From positions 192,500 through 256,499 of the forward strand of contig PNJU01000002.1 of the NCBI GenBank assembly GCA_013822015.1: a stretch of DNA of 64,000 nt, given 5' to 3'. The position numbers were made by a program, and so were the translations under genes. Source of the stretch: Candidatus Puniceispirillum sp. (GTDB lineage: Bacteria > Pseudomonadota > Alphaproteobacteria > Caedimonadales > UBA1908). Positions 1 to 9,435 of this stretch are shown here, in pieces. The first letter of the stretch is position 1. The number at the start of each line of letters is the position of its first letter. The notes beneath the pieces were generated by a model. The model was given only the letters and a program-made list of their open reading frames with translations. It did no database searches and was not told where the DNA came from.

Positions 1-468
1 ATGGAAATCATCAAATCAGGAGGGATCTTAGTGTTGAGCTTCAAGTACTGCTCGAAGAGCACCACAGCCGTGCGCATGAGCGCCTCATTCTCCGTCGCGT
101 CGCCCTTAATTTCGTCAAGGACCTCTATGGTTCCTTGGAAAAATTCCCGCTCCTCGGAAAAGCGCAAGATGCGCGCACGCGCATGTCCCTCCACCAGGAT
201 TTTCACGGTGCCGTCGGGCAGCTTCAAGAGCTGCATGATGCGGGCAAGCGTCCCAATTGTATAAAGATCGCGTGCTTTGGGATCCTCAATACTTGCGTCC
301 TTTTGGGTCACAAGCAAGATGTCACGCTCTTCCTGCATGACGCTCTCAAGGGCACGCACAGAGCGCTCACGGCCCACAAACAGGGGCACAACCATATAAG
401 GAAAGACAACGATATCTCGCAGTGGCAAGATGGGGTACAGATCCCCGCGCGGCAGCTCTAAGGTCATT
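1..468 (-). CDS. lon: Lon protease, N-terminal 156 codons (gene runs off the window start)
   Basis: Reverse-strand translation from the ATG at 468 gives MTLELPRGDLYPILPLRDIVVFPYMVVPLFVGRERSVRALESVM...LPDGTVKILVEGHARARI, a typical Lon N-terminal domain. The frame stays open to position 1. It is absent from the ORF track because it has no in-window stop. It fits the tig-clpP-clpX-lon neighbourhood. Confidence 0.85.
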
Positions 469-705
469 TTATCTCAACTAAATCATCTCATAAGATTACA
501 CATTGCATACAAAAAACGCCCCGCGCAAGCCCCGCGACCCAACTTATCGCAAAAAAAAGACGCCTGTTGCGAAGGCACCTCTGTCTCACAGGGATGGGCA
601 AGATCTTAATTTATATAAGGTTGTGATTTAGACGGCACAAAACACTTGTGAACTCTGCTCCACAACGTCACACTCATTTCAAAGTGTTTTGACCGGCCAA
701 TCTCC

Positions 706-1407
706 ATGATCTTTCCCTTCACCATCATTGATTTGACCCACACACTTTCCTCAAACATTCCCACCTGGGATGGGGGATGCGGCTTTGGGCAAGAATGCTT
801 GCATGATGAGGCCACTACCCATGGAAAGGACGAGACCTTTCGTATCATGGGGCTACACATGGAGGCAGGTATCGGAACCCATATGGACGCGCCTACCCAT
901 CTTTACAAAGACGGCACACCCATCCACGCGCTTCCCCTACAGGATCTGTGCATGCCGTGTGTGGTCATTGATGTCGCCCATAAAGCCCATGCAAACTATA
1001 CAATCACCGCCGACGATATCCTCGCCTTTGAAGAAACCTACGAAAAAATTGAAAAGGGCATGTGCGTTGTGTTTCGCACAGGCTGGGCGCGCCACTGGGA
1101 AGATAGACAAGCATATCACAATAATCACGTCTTTCCTTGTGTGGGTGAGGACGTCGCAAGGCTGTTACTTGCACGCGGTGTGCGAGCTTTAGGTATTGAT
1201 ACCCTCTCACCCGACCGACCCGAAAATGACTTTATTGTGCACAAATTGTTTTTAGGACAAGGGAAGGTGCTGCTTGAAAATGTGGCAAACCTTTCAAGCA
1301 TGCCTGCCACTGGGGCCTTTGTACTTGCGCTTCCCCTGAAAATTCACGACGGGACAGAGGCGCCCTTGCGGCTTGTGGGACTTGTGATGCGAGACGCTGT
1401 TGCATAA
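706..1407 (+). CDS. Cyclase-family protein (kynurenine formamidase-like)
   Basis: 233-aa ORF with the metal-binding motif GIGTHMDAPTHLY (HxDxPxH) typical of the putative cyclase/arylformamidase family. It ends at a strong hairpin terminator. Confidence 0.7.
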   Translation: MIFPFTIIDLTHTLSSNIPTWDGGCGFGQECLHDEATTHGKDETFRIMGLHMEAGIGTHMDAPTHLYKDGTPIHALPLQDLCMPCVVIDVAHKAHANYTITADDILAFEETYEKIEKGMCVVFRTGWARHWEDRQAYHNNHVFPCVGEDVARLLLARGVRALGIDTLSPDRPENDFIVHKLFLGQGKVLLENVANLSSMPATGAFVLALPLKIHDGTEAPLRLVGLVMRDAVA

Positions 1408-1437
1408 AAAAAGGGCGCATGATGCGCCCTTTTTTAT
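1405..1437. terminator. Bidirectional rho-independent terminator between the cyclase-family gene and clpX
   Basis: aaaaaAAGGGCGCAtgaTGCGCCCTTttttt: a 9-bp GC-rich stem with a 3-nt loop, an A-run on one side and a T-run on the other. It sits between two convergent stop codons (1407 and 1457). Confidence 0.65.
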
Positions 1438-1456
1438 GTTTTGCATCGCTTAATGA

Positions 1457-2737
1457 TCAGGCTTTTGCCTTTGGTTTTGAGGCGGCAGAGGCCTTATGTC
1501 CGTCTTGATAAATCAAGAGGGGAACGGCTGTGCCATCAACAACTTCTGCGCCTACCACAACTTCCTTGATCCCTTCTTCACTGGGGATGTCGTACATGGT
1601 GTCAAGGAGCGCGTTTTCCATGATGGAGCGCAGACCTCTGGCGCCGGTCTTGCGCTCGATGGCTTTTTCGGCTACACGCACCAAAGCCTCATCGGTAAAG
1701 TTGAGGTGAACACCCTCCATATCAAAGAGCTTCTGGTACTGCTTCAAAAGGGCATTCTTTGGCTCTTTCAAAATCTCAACCAGCGCCGGCACGTCCAGAT
1801 CCTCTAGGGTTGCCACAACGGGCAGGCGTCCCACGAATTCAGGAATGAGGCCATACTTCAAAAGATCCTCAGGCTCAATACTGGCAAGCAAATCGCCCAC
1901 CCGGCGGTCATCTGGGGATTGCACATCCGCACCAAAGCCAATGGAGGTGCCTTTTCCGCGGGAGGCGACAATCCGATCAACACCGGCGAACGCACCACCA
2001 CAGATGAAGAGGATATTGGTCGTATCCACCTGCAGGAACTCTTGCTGAGGATGCTTACGTCCACCCTGTGGTGGGACGGACGCAACGGTACCCTCCATAA
2101 TCTTGAGAAGCGCCTGCTGCACACCCTCGCCGGACACGTCCCTTGTAATGGATGGGTTATCAGATTTACGTGAAATCTTGTCCACCTCATCGATATACAC
2201 GATACCGCGCTGAGCACGCTCAACATTATAGTCAGCAGATTGCAGAAGCTTCAGGATAATGTTTTCAACGTCCTCACCAACATAACCGGCCTCCGTCAAA
2301 GACGTAGCATCAGCAATGGTGAAAGGCACATCAAGAATACGTGCCAACGTTTGTGCAAGAAGGGTCTTACCGCAACCCGTTGGGCCAATCAGCAAAATGT
2401 TTGACTTGGAAAGCTCGACCTCGCCGTTCTTTTGAAGATTGTCAATACGCTTGTAATGGTTATAAACCGCAACGGCCAAAACGCGCTTTGCACGCTCTTG
2501 TCCAATGACATAGTCATCCAGGACCTGGGCAATACGCGCCGGAGAAGGAATGGTGCCGTCGGAAAAAGTCTCCGTCCCTGCGCTCTCTTCCTTAATGATT
2601 TCAAGACACAGGTCAACACACTCATCACAGATAAAAACGCTTGGACCTGCGATAAGCTTTTTGACCTCGTGCTGGCTCTTTCCGCAAAAAGAACAGTGGA
2701 GACCTTCTTTACCTTTATCCATGTCTGATTTGCTCAT
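1457..2737 (-). CDS. clpX: ATP-dependent Clp protease ATP-binding subunit ClpX
   Basis: 426 aa with an N-terminal zinc finger ([27 protein letters not shown]), a Walker A motif (GPTGCGKT) and full-length ClpX-like sequence. Confidence 0.97.
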   Translation of the reverse strand: MSKSDMDKGKEGLHCSFCGKSQHEVKKLIAGPSVFICDECVDLCLEIIKEESAGTETFSDGTIPSPARIAQVLDDYVIGQERAKRVLAVAVYNHYKRIDNLQKNGEVELSKSNILLIGPTGCGKTLLAQTLARILDVPFTIADATSLTEAGYVGEDVENIILKLLQSADYNVERAQRGIVYIDEVDKISRKSDNPSITRDVSGEGVQQALLKIMEGTVASVPPQGGRKHPQQEFLQVDTTNILFICGGAFAGVDRIVASRGKGTSIGFGADVQSPDDRRVGDLLASIEPEDLLKYGLIPEFVGRLPVVATLEDLDVPALVEILKEPKNALLKQYQKLFDMEGVHLNFTDEALVRVAEKAIERKTGARGLRSIMENALLDTMYDIPSEEGIKEVVVGAEVVDGTAVPLLIYQDGHKASAASKPKAKA

Positions 2738-2887
2738 CTCTTTTCACTTTCTACCCGTGTCTTGCGACCCTCACGAGTTTGGGATAATTTCCCGCTCCCA
2801 TGGTTTCAGAATGCCCTAAAGTTCATAAAAAAACGTTAACAAAGCAAGATAATTTTAAAACGCTTTTTAACAATTGGGCACATTTAC

Positions 2888-3514
2888 CTAGGCCGCTTGC
2901 TTATGCTTTCGTGGCGCCACAACTTCGTCAATCAGACCAAAGGTCAGGGCCTGCTCCGCCGACATAAAATTATCGCGCTCCATGGCAGGAATAATCACGT
3001 CCATGGGCTGCTTTGTTGTTTCTGCGTAAATCCGGTGGAGACGTTCTTTCATCTCTTGGATTTCTTTTGCTTGGATCTGAATATCCGTTGCTTGACCTCT
3101 TGCACCACCGTGGGGTTGGTGAATCATCACGCGTGAATTGGGAAGGGCGCGGCGCATGCCAGGCTCACCAGCGGTCAAAAGAAGAGATCCAGCTGAGCAA
3201 GCTTGTCCAATACACATGGTCGCCACAGGACAACGCACATAACGCATGGTGTCGTACATGGCAAAGCCAGCCGTTACGGCGCCACCGGGTGAATTGATAT
3301 AGAAAGAAATTTCTTTGCTGGGGTTTTCGGATTCCAAGAACAGAAATTGTGCACAAATGAGCGCCGCAATATCATCATTCACCTCACCGGTCAAAAAAAC
3401 GATACGCTCTTTGAGGAGGCGAGAGTAAATATCAAAAGACCTCTCTCCACGGTTAGTTTGCTCCAACACCATGGGAACAAGTGTGTTTTGAAACGTGTCG
3501 AAAAGATCTCTCAT
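2888..3514 (-). CDS. clpP: ATP-dependent Clp protease proteolytic subunit ClpP
   Basis: 208 aa; [18 protein letters not shown]...YINSPGG...[11 protein letters not shown] (catalytic Ser context) ...MIHQP. Confidence 0.97.
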   Translation of the reverse strand: MRDLFDTFQNTLVPMVLEQTNRGERSFDIYSRLLKERIVFLTGEVNDDIAALICAQFLFLESENPSKEISFYINSPGGAVTAGFAMYDTMRYVRCPVATMCIGQACSAGSLLLTAGEPGMRRALPNSRVMIHQPHGGARGQATDIQIQAKEIQEMKERLHRIYAETTKQPMDVIIPAMERDNFMSAEQALTFGLIDEVVAPRKHKQAA

Positions 3515-3638
3515 GCTAAAGATACTCCTAGTTATATTTTTTTCTTACACTACATTCTAGACAAGCGTCCCGCAAAGAATCAACCTTTATTAAGACGCTT
3601 GGCTAGAAAAAGTATCTTTTTTAAGATGTAGCAAGACC

Positions 3639-5006
3639 TTATTCGTCGTCTCCTTCTGTTACCTCTTTGTAAGCGGCAACAAGATCGTCGAGGGGCACGT
3701 CCTTAAAGGTTGACTTGGACTTATCCAAAATAAGCGCAACCACCTTATCCTCGAAAATTGGGGCACGCAGGCTTGCCAGGGCGGCCTCATTCTTTTGGAA
3801 GTACTCAATGACTTCGCGGTAGCGAGATGGATATGCACGCGCGGTATCAATGATGGCGCGCTCCAGTTCCTTCTGTGTCACACCGACCTCATACGCGCGT
3901 CCGATTTCCGCCAATACCAGACCCAAGCGCACGCGGCGGTTGGCAATCTCTTGGTACTGAGCGCGGTCATTGTCGATTTCCTTTTGAGAAGGCTTCTTGG
4001 CCTTACCCTTTCCATCCTTCGCGTCATCATTATCGGCACCCAGGCGTGCTTCATACTGCTGCCAGATGCTCTTGAACTCTGCGTCCACTAAGCCTTGTGG
4101 CACATCGAACTTGCACTTCTCAGCCAAGTCATCAAGGACTGCGCGCTTGGCAACAAGGAAAGACATACGCTCGCGCTCTCCGCCAATTTCGCGGCTCGCT
4201 GCCTCACGTAGGGCTGCCAAGTCCTTAAAGCCAACCTTTGTTGCAAAGGCGTCATCAAGCTCAGGCAAAACCTTTGTATGGATCGCCGTCAAAACAATCT
4301 TGAAGACAGAGTCTTTTCCGGCCAGCTCTTTGGCGTGGTAGTCAGCGGGGAAAGGCACAGTAATATCAAAAGCGTCGCCTGGCTTGTGGCCTTCAATTTG
4401 CTCTTCAAAACCAGGGATAAACGTGCCGCTACCAAGCTCTAGACGTGCGCCTTGTGCTTTTCCGCCATCAAAGGCAACACCGTCAATAAAGCCTTCAAAA
4501 TCAATGATGACAACGTCGCCCTTCTTGGCGGCGCGCTTTGTCTTAATTTCCTCAGTGATGGCATTGGCACCACGAAGACCTTCCAGGGCCTTATCAAGCT
4601 CGTCCGCAGGTACATCGCTCTTTAGGCGCTCATAGCTCAGGCTCTCAAGCTTTGGCGGCGTAATATCAGGGAGAATTTCGAAGTTGATCTCAAGGAGCAG
4701 GTCGCCCTTCTCCTCAAAAGATTCAATTTTTACGTCGGGTCGCAGGGCAATCTTGAGGGAGTGCTCCTTCACAATGGCATCAACGCCGTCTTGAACAGCC
4801 GCCTCGAGGATCTCAGCCTGCACGCTTGCGCCGTACTTTTGCTTCAGGATGGGGAGTGGCGCTTTGCCGGGACGAAACCCAGGGATCTTTGCAGTTTGAC
4901 CAATTTTCGCCAGCTTCTCGTTCAAACGCAAGTCCAAATGGGACTTAGGAACGGTGACTTTAAACGCTCTTTTCAAGCCTTCACTGCTCAGGGCTTTGAT
5001 TTCCAT
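3639..5006 (-). CDS. tig: Trigger factor
   Basis: 455 aa with an N-terminal ribosome-binding motif (GFRPGKAP) and an internal FKBP-like region (DFEGFIDGVAFDGG). It lies upstream of clpP-clpX. Confidence 0.95.
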   Translation of the reverse strand: MEIKALSSEGLKRAFKVTVPKSHLDLRLNEKLAKIGQTAKIPGFRPGKAPLPILKQKYGASVQAEILEAAVQDGVDAIVKEHSLKIALRPDVKIESFEEKGDLLLEINFEILPDITPPKLESLSYERLKSDVPADELDKALEGLRGANAITEEIKTKRAAKKGDVVIIDFEGFIDGVAFDGGKAQGARLELGSGTFIPGFEEQIEGHKPGDAFDITVPFPADYHAKELAGKDSVFKIVLTAIHTKVLPELDDAFATKVGFKDLAALREAASREIGGERERMSFLVAKRAVLDDLAEKCKFDVPQGLVDAEFKSIWQQYEARLGADNDDAKDGKGKAKKPSQKEIDNDRAQYQEIANRRVRLGLVLAEIGRAYEVGVTQKELERAIIDTARAYPSRYREVIEYFQKNEAALASLRAPIFEDKVVALILDKSKSTFKDVPLDDLVAAYKEVTEGDDE

Positions 5007-5046
5007 GTGCTCTCAATCCTTAATGTTGCTAATTTTCGTCAAGAAA

Positions 5047-5131
<85 letters not shown>

Positions 5132-5235
5132 ATGCGTGACTGTTTATCTAACCGACTTGTCCTTGATAACCTCGATTGGCAGAAAAAGCAACATGGGTTA
5201 GGATGGAAAATAAAATTTATTCTCGAGGGGATTTT

Positions 5236-5730
5236 ATGGATTTTAACCCAGCGCTTTGCCCGCCTTCCCCGTTCCATGCAACAGCTATCTATATGGATGG
5301 GTGTGGTATTCTTCTTCTAGGGCCCCCGGGCAGTGGAAAATCAGATTTGGCCTTGCGCTTGATCATGGAACGGGGGGCGCGCCTTGTTGCGGATGATCTG
5401 TGTGAAATTCTTCACAAACCAGATGGTCTGTGGGTACAGTGCCTCAAGGAAGGCGAGCGCCTTTTAGAAGTGCGCGGCCTGGGCATAGCCGCTATGGGTG
5501 AGGGACAATGGATCAAGTGTGCGCCCCTTGCCTTTGCGCTTCACCTTACCCGCGACAAAGACATTCCCCGCGAACCTGTCAGGCAAACCCTTCAAGGCAC
5601 CCACCTGCCCTTGTATGCATGCGACCCCTTTTGCGCCAGTGCGGCCGCTAAGATCAGCTTGCTTGTGCGCCACCATAAAGAAGAGGTGCGCCTGCTTTGG
5701 CCCGACACCCCCCTGCCCCATGCGGCCTGA
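5236..5730 (+). CDS. hprK: HPr kinase/phosphorylase C-terminal-domain protein (short alphaproteobacterial type)
   Basis: P-loop GILLLGPPGSGKSDLALRLI followed by GARLVADD. The ATG at 5236 is preceded by GAGGGG. The track start at 5176 lies only 45 nt from the tRNA and is probably too far upstream. Confidence 0.7.
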   Translation: MDFNPALCPPSPFHATAIYMDGCGILLLGPPGSGKSDLALRLIMERGARLVADDLCEILHKPDGLWVQCLKEGERLLEVRGLGIAAMGEGQWIKCAPLAFALHLTRDKDIPREPVRQTLQGTHLPLYACDPFCASAAAKISLLVRHHKEEVRLLWPDTPLPHAA

Positions 5731-5763
5731 CAGAGGCGCCCAACTACATGGAAAGATGTCATC

Positions 5764-6159
5764 ATGAACGCAAAATCACTTCTCGTGTCCTGTCTGGCAG
5801 TGCTTGCCTGCTGGCCCACCCATGCAGCAGGGGACGAGCTGACCCAAGGCCCCTTTGAATCGCCCTTCCCGCCCGCCCAAGCCTCTTTGGGTAGTTGTGA
5901 GCACGCCCTTGATGAGGAAGCGCTGGCACGCATCATGGGCGATTACCAAGCACAGCTGCGAACCCTCATGGGGACACTCTTTCCCCAAACGCAACCGCAC
6001 GCGCTCTCCTCTCAAGACGACACTGCACCCTCCTCCCCTGGCCCAAACGCAGCCCAGGGCAGTGATCTAACCCCCGCCTCAATATCTCAGGAGGCCTCAT
6101 TGACGGCCCCAACGGCATCCAGTGCAGGCTTCTTTCTGACCCAGGACGAGACGGCATAA
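5764..6159 (+). CDS. Small secreted hypothetical protein (131 aa)
   Basis: N-terminal signal-like sequence MNAKSLLVSCLAVLACWPTHAAGDE, with a P/S/T/Q-rich C-terminal half. No family recognised. Confidence 0.5.
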   Translation: MNAKSLLVSCLAVLACWPTHAAGDELTQGPFESPFPPAQASLGSCEHALDEEALARIMGDYQAQLRTLMGTLFPQTQPHALSSQDDTAPSSPGPNAAQGSDLTPASISQEASLTAPTASSAGFFLTQDETA

Positions 6160-6249
6160 GCACCCCCATGCGGCGCCCAGGGGCAACCCTTGGGCCGCCA
6201 TGCAGAGGAACGTTTTTTTCTGAAAAAGAAGTAATACTGACTTATTTTC

Positions 6250-6278
6250 TTGAATGTTTGCAAACATGTGTTTATTTT
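6250..6278 (+). promoter_or_regulatory. Candidate sigma70-type promoter with an embedded 14-nt perfect palindrome, upstream of the RNase III-like gene
   Basis: TTGAAT (6250-6255), a 17-nt spacer, then TATTTT (6273-6278). The spacer contains ATGTTTGCAAACAT (6254-6267), which is its own reverse complement. Confidence 0.25.
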
Positions 6279-6307
6279 GTACTGTTTTTTAACAGACAAG
6301 AAGGAAT

Positions 6308-8077
6308 ATGATGTCAATAAAACACCTCGGTCGACTGTTTCTCTCAGCAATGGTCGCAACCGCCCTGTACGCACAACCAAGCTGTGCGAGCAAACCCAAT
6401 AAAGAAAAAATCCCAGTCATCTGTGACCTTTTCTCCCAAGAAAATGATATCGATTATCCGGGGATTCAGGCGCACCTGCACTACACCTTCAAGGATCCCA
6501 TGCTCCTTAAAACCGCCCTTCGTCCCATGTTGCCCACGCCCCTACAGGGCGATAAAAACGCATATGACCTTCTAGAATTTCGTGGGGACGCGGTGCTTAA
6601 GCTGATCACGATGGACAGGCTCTTCGAGATCCTGCCCGGGCATATACGAGGACAGATGTCCACCTTGTGTGGAGACTTGGTGATGAATCACTGGTTGACA
6701 GAATACGCTCTGTGGAATTTGGATCTTGAGCGTTACTTACCTTGCCCCAGTGGATCTTACAAAGTCTGCGATGTCATGGAGGCACTCGTAGGCGCCGTTT
6801 ATGTGGATGGGGGCCCAAACGGACTTAGCCACGCCCGGCGCTTTGTCACCCTATTCTTGGACGATGAAACGCTCCATAACAAAATGCAAGAGATGTCTAA
6901 GACCTCTACACGCTTGGTCTTTACCCCCCAAATGACCCAGGATCAAAAGGATGCTCTGGCAAAGATCTGCAGGCCTGAGCGCCTAGGTAGTACCAACGCC
7001 AAGTCGCTGCTTAACGAGCTTCTTTTGGATCTCTTTGATGACAGGCCTGAATACACCACCCATTTTGAAAAGGGCGAGGATGGACATGTGCTTTTTCGCA
7101 CCCACGTCATTGGCGCCCAGATTGGCAAGACGAATCATGGCCACGGGCGCACCTGTCAAGAGTCTGAGGAAAATGCCGCCCGCCAGGCCATCAACACTCT
7201 GGCGCAAGCCCCCCTTTATTCCACCGGAAGCCCCAGTGGATCACCCAACAGCTTTCGTGTGCAACTGAAAGAAATGCTGGACTTTCTTGATCTTAAACTC
7301 ACAACGCGCAGCACAATGGAGGGAAAACCCCACGAACCCACCATTGGCTTTGAGTATCTTCTGGGTGAGAAACCCATCGGTGTTGGCCAGGGGTCCTCAA
7401 AAGCCCAGGCTGCAGAAATGGCGGCCGGGCAAGCCTGTGACGCCATCATCCAGTTAGAAGCGCAAAAACGCGCATCGCGCCACTCCTTAAGAGACTCTAT
7501 CTGGACAACACTCCAAGCCAACCGCGCAGCCCTGCAGGCCGCCACCCTCGCCAAACAAGCAGCTGCAGCCGCAGCAAGAAAAGCCGCCAAGACACCTGCT
7601 GTTTACTCGGCAAGTTCTGGAAGTGTTTTAGCGCCAGCGAGCGTGTCTTCTGCTACCGCCTCACCGGCTGCGTCCATCATCGGCACCGCTGTAGCAGCTT
7701 CAGTTGCTCCAGTAACCCCACCAGCGCCAACCCTGGTCACCTCTGTGCCAACAACGCCACCTGCTGCATCCGTGACCAACACCACGGTGGTTTCGACATC
7801 GGCGGCTTCAGTCCCCGCCCCCACAAAAACAGTGACATCCCAGGCAAATAAAGCCAAAGGAAATGGAAAACTGCCCAAACAAGGGCACATCCAAAAACCA
7901 AAGCCACCTGTGGCCACGGGCGCCCCGTCGGTTGCTGTGTCGCCACACAAGGGCAAAACCCCACAGTATGTTGGACCAAAGGCTGGTCCCAGAGCTCACA
8001 TAAAGATGCAACCTCAAACCAATGGAGCCCAAAAACCAGGATCTACCTCGTCCCATGCGCCAGTAAAAGCGGCCTAA
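6308..8077 (+). CDS. Signal-peptide-bearing RNase III-like protein with two dsRNA-binding domains and a low-complexity tail
   Basis: 589 aa. The leader is MMSIKHLGRLFLSAMVATALYAQPSCAS. The RNase III signature is LLEFRGDAVL...CDVMEALVGAVYVDGG, with the catalytic E/D positions retained. dsRBD 1 is AKSLLNELL...PEY...GHVLFRTHV...GHGRTCQESEENAARQAINTL. dsRBD 2 is GKPHEPTIGFEYLLGEKPIGVGQGSSKAQAAEMAAGQA. The C-terminal ~190 aa are A/P/S/T/V-rich and end lysine-rich. Confidence 0.8.
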   Translation: MMSIKHLGRLFLSAMVATALYAQPSCASKPNKEKIPVICDLFSQENDIDYPGIQAHLHYTFKDPMLLKTALRPMLPTPLQGDKNAYDLLEFRGDAVLKLITMDRLFEILPGHIRGQMSTLCGDLVMNHWLTEYALWNLDLERYLPCPSGSYKVCDVMEALVGAVYVDGGPNGLSHARRFVTLFLDDETLHNKMQEMSKTSTRLVFTPQMTQDQKDALAKICRPERLGSTNAKSLLNELLLDLFDDRPEYTTHFEKGEDGHVLFRTHVIGAQIGKTNHGHGRTCQESEENAARQAINTLAQAPLYSTGSPSGSPNSFRVQLKEMLDFLDLKLTTRSTMEGKPHEPTIGFEYLLGEKPIGVGQGSSKAQAAEMAAGQACDAIIQLEAQKRASRHSLRDSIWTTLQANRAALQAATLAKQAAAAAARKAAKTPAVYSASSGSVLAPASVSSATASPAASIIGTAVAASVAPVTPPAPTLVTSVPTTPPAASVTNTTVVSTSAASVPAPTKTVTSQANKAKGNGKLPKQGHIQKPKPPVATGAPSVAVSPHKGKTPQYVGPKAGPRAHIKMQPQTNGAQKPGSTSSHAPVKAA

Positions 8078-8096
8078 AACCCTTGGCCTAGACTTT

Positions 8097-8127
8097 TGGG
8101 TTAGCGCTGTGGAGGGGCGCTAACCCA
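8097..8127 (+). terminator. Hairpin downstream of the RNase III-like gene (no U-tract)
   Basis: TGGGTTAGCGC tgtggaggg GCGCTAACCCA: an 11-bp perfect stem 20 nt after the stop codon. Confidence 0.35.
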
Positions 8128-8336
8128 GCGGGCCTGAGAAAGTGCACCTCAATCCCCGCCCTCCCGCACTCAAATCCCGTCATGGCACGCACACAATAAT
8201 CGGCACCACTTAGCCCAAGAGAGCCAAAGGATGAAAAAATGGGCTGGTAATATAAGCCACTCACTCTTTCCCTATATCCATAATTAACAACTTTCTCTTG
8301 ACTCTTGTGATCTCTCCACTTTTTTTTCATTTTTTA

Positions 8337-8365
8337 TTGACAAAATCCAAAACAAAACACAAATA
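8337..8365 (+). promoter_or_regulatory. Candidate promoter of family A gene 1
   Basis: Perfect TTGACA (8337-8342), a 17-nt spacer, then CAAATA (8360-8365), with a T8 tract just upstream. The ATG at 8395 is preceded by GAGAGAGAAG. Confidence 0.3.
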
Positions 8366-8394
8366 CAACTTGTATTTAAAAGAGAGAGAAGTTT

Positions 8395-9303
8395 ATGACA
8401 TATATTAAAGCCCTTACACTTTGCACACTACTGGCACATATTCCCCTTTACGCATCAAGCGGAGTCCTTGACGTTGTTGAGCCCACATCCTCAAAACCAA
8501 CGCGGTCCATGCCTGCAGTATTATCAACGCTGCCCGAGACCATGCAGGCCTTGCACACCATCAAATCCATGTGCAAACCTGAGGAGCGTCTTCAGTTTAC
8601 GGCCTCCTCTAAATGGTACTCGCCCACTGCAGCAAATGTTCACACTGTTCTTTCCCACGATTTTTCCCCCTCACATCTGGGCGCGGCCCTGCGCTTTTGC
8701 GCCTCCATTACAACTGAGAACGCGCCCTTTCTAAAGGCAGTTCTTAAAGGCGCGACGTGGCAAATGTCCTTGGATCTTTTACCAGCATCTTTGGGGCTTT
8801 CCCATGAGGTTCTGCAGGGAGCAGCAGGCATTGAAGATCTGAGTGCACGCCTCACATTCCTCAAGCAATCACCACGCCCAGACACCTGGGTCCTTGGCAT
8901 GTTGGGTTCTGATCCCCTCATTGATAGCGCCGTCTTGGAGCACCACGTGAGAGAGCGCATCCTTATGAATCCCATCGGCATGAGCGCATTTTTTGTCAAA
9001 AGCCTCAAGCATGGCGATACGCTCACGCGCATGCGCCTGACAAGTTTTCTTCTCCACACGGATCCTTTGAGCGTGGGCGCGCATTTAAGTGATAAAAAAG
9101 CCCGTTTTGAAAAAATTGGGTTTCGCCAGAACTCACGCCTTGCAAGGACCCTCGACGCAAAGAAAGTGCTACCGCCCTTTGGGTTTCTGCTTGACCGCAG
9201 CCCAGACGGCAATGTCACACGCATCACCACGCGTTATCCAGACTTCTGGGCTCCTTTGCCGGCATGGACCCACTCACCGTCCCAGCACCGCCCTGTAGAA
9301 TAA
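8395..9303 (+). CDS. Secreted hypothetical protein, paralog family A member 1 (302 aa)
   Basis: Leader MTYIKALTLCTLLAHIPLYASSG. It shares a core with three other ORFs in the window: WY.PT...F.P.HLGAALR...ENAPFLK.VL...LLPA.LGLS...RL.FL...PRPDTW..GMLG.DPL.D...F.V..LK.G...TRMR.T.FL...PD...P.P.WT..PS. Confidence 0.75.
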   Translation: MTYIKALTLCTLLAHIPLYASSGVLDVVEPTSSKPTRSMPAVLSTLPETMQALHTIKSMCKPEERLQFTASSKWYSPTAANVHTVLSHDFSPSHLGAALRFCASITTENAPFLKAVLKGATWQMSLDLLPASLGLSHEVLQGAAGIEDLSARLTFLKQSPRPDTWVLGMLGSDPLIDSAVLEHHVRERILMNPIGMSAFFVKSLKHGDTLTRMRLTSFLLHTDPLSVGAHLSDKKARFEKIGFRQNSRLARTLDAKKVLPPFGFLLDRSPDGNVTRITTRYPDFWAPLPAWTHSPSQHRPVE

Positions 9304-9435
9304 TCATACGTCGCCTCGCTTTTCTTTGCCAAAGGCGGGGCGCACGACCATTTGCCCATACAAAGGGATGCCATTGACCTTCCTGCATAACCCTTTAGAA
9401 TGAAAAACATACGCGGCCTTACATGAGGTGACGGC

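Noticed and set aside
469-705. A sigma32 heat-shock promoter upstream of lon (CTTG-N17-CYTATNT)
   Set aside because: CTTG occurs twice on the lon strand, but neither copy is followed at the right spacing by an acceptable -10 element. No call was made.
706-1407. The opposite-strand gene inserted between clpX and lon, as a sign of rearrangement
   Set aside because: A single conserved-family gene with a clean bidirectional terminator and no repeat or mobile-element scars. Interruption of clpX-lon by unrelated genes is common, so it is not noteworthy.
8088-8330. 80-aa minus-strand ORF in the spacer after the RNase III-like gene
   Set aside because: It has no RBS, it overlaps the terminator hairpin and the A1 promoter region, and its composition is unremarkable. 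I treated it as non-coding.
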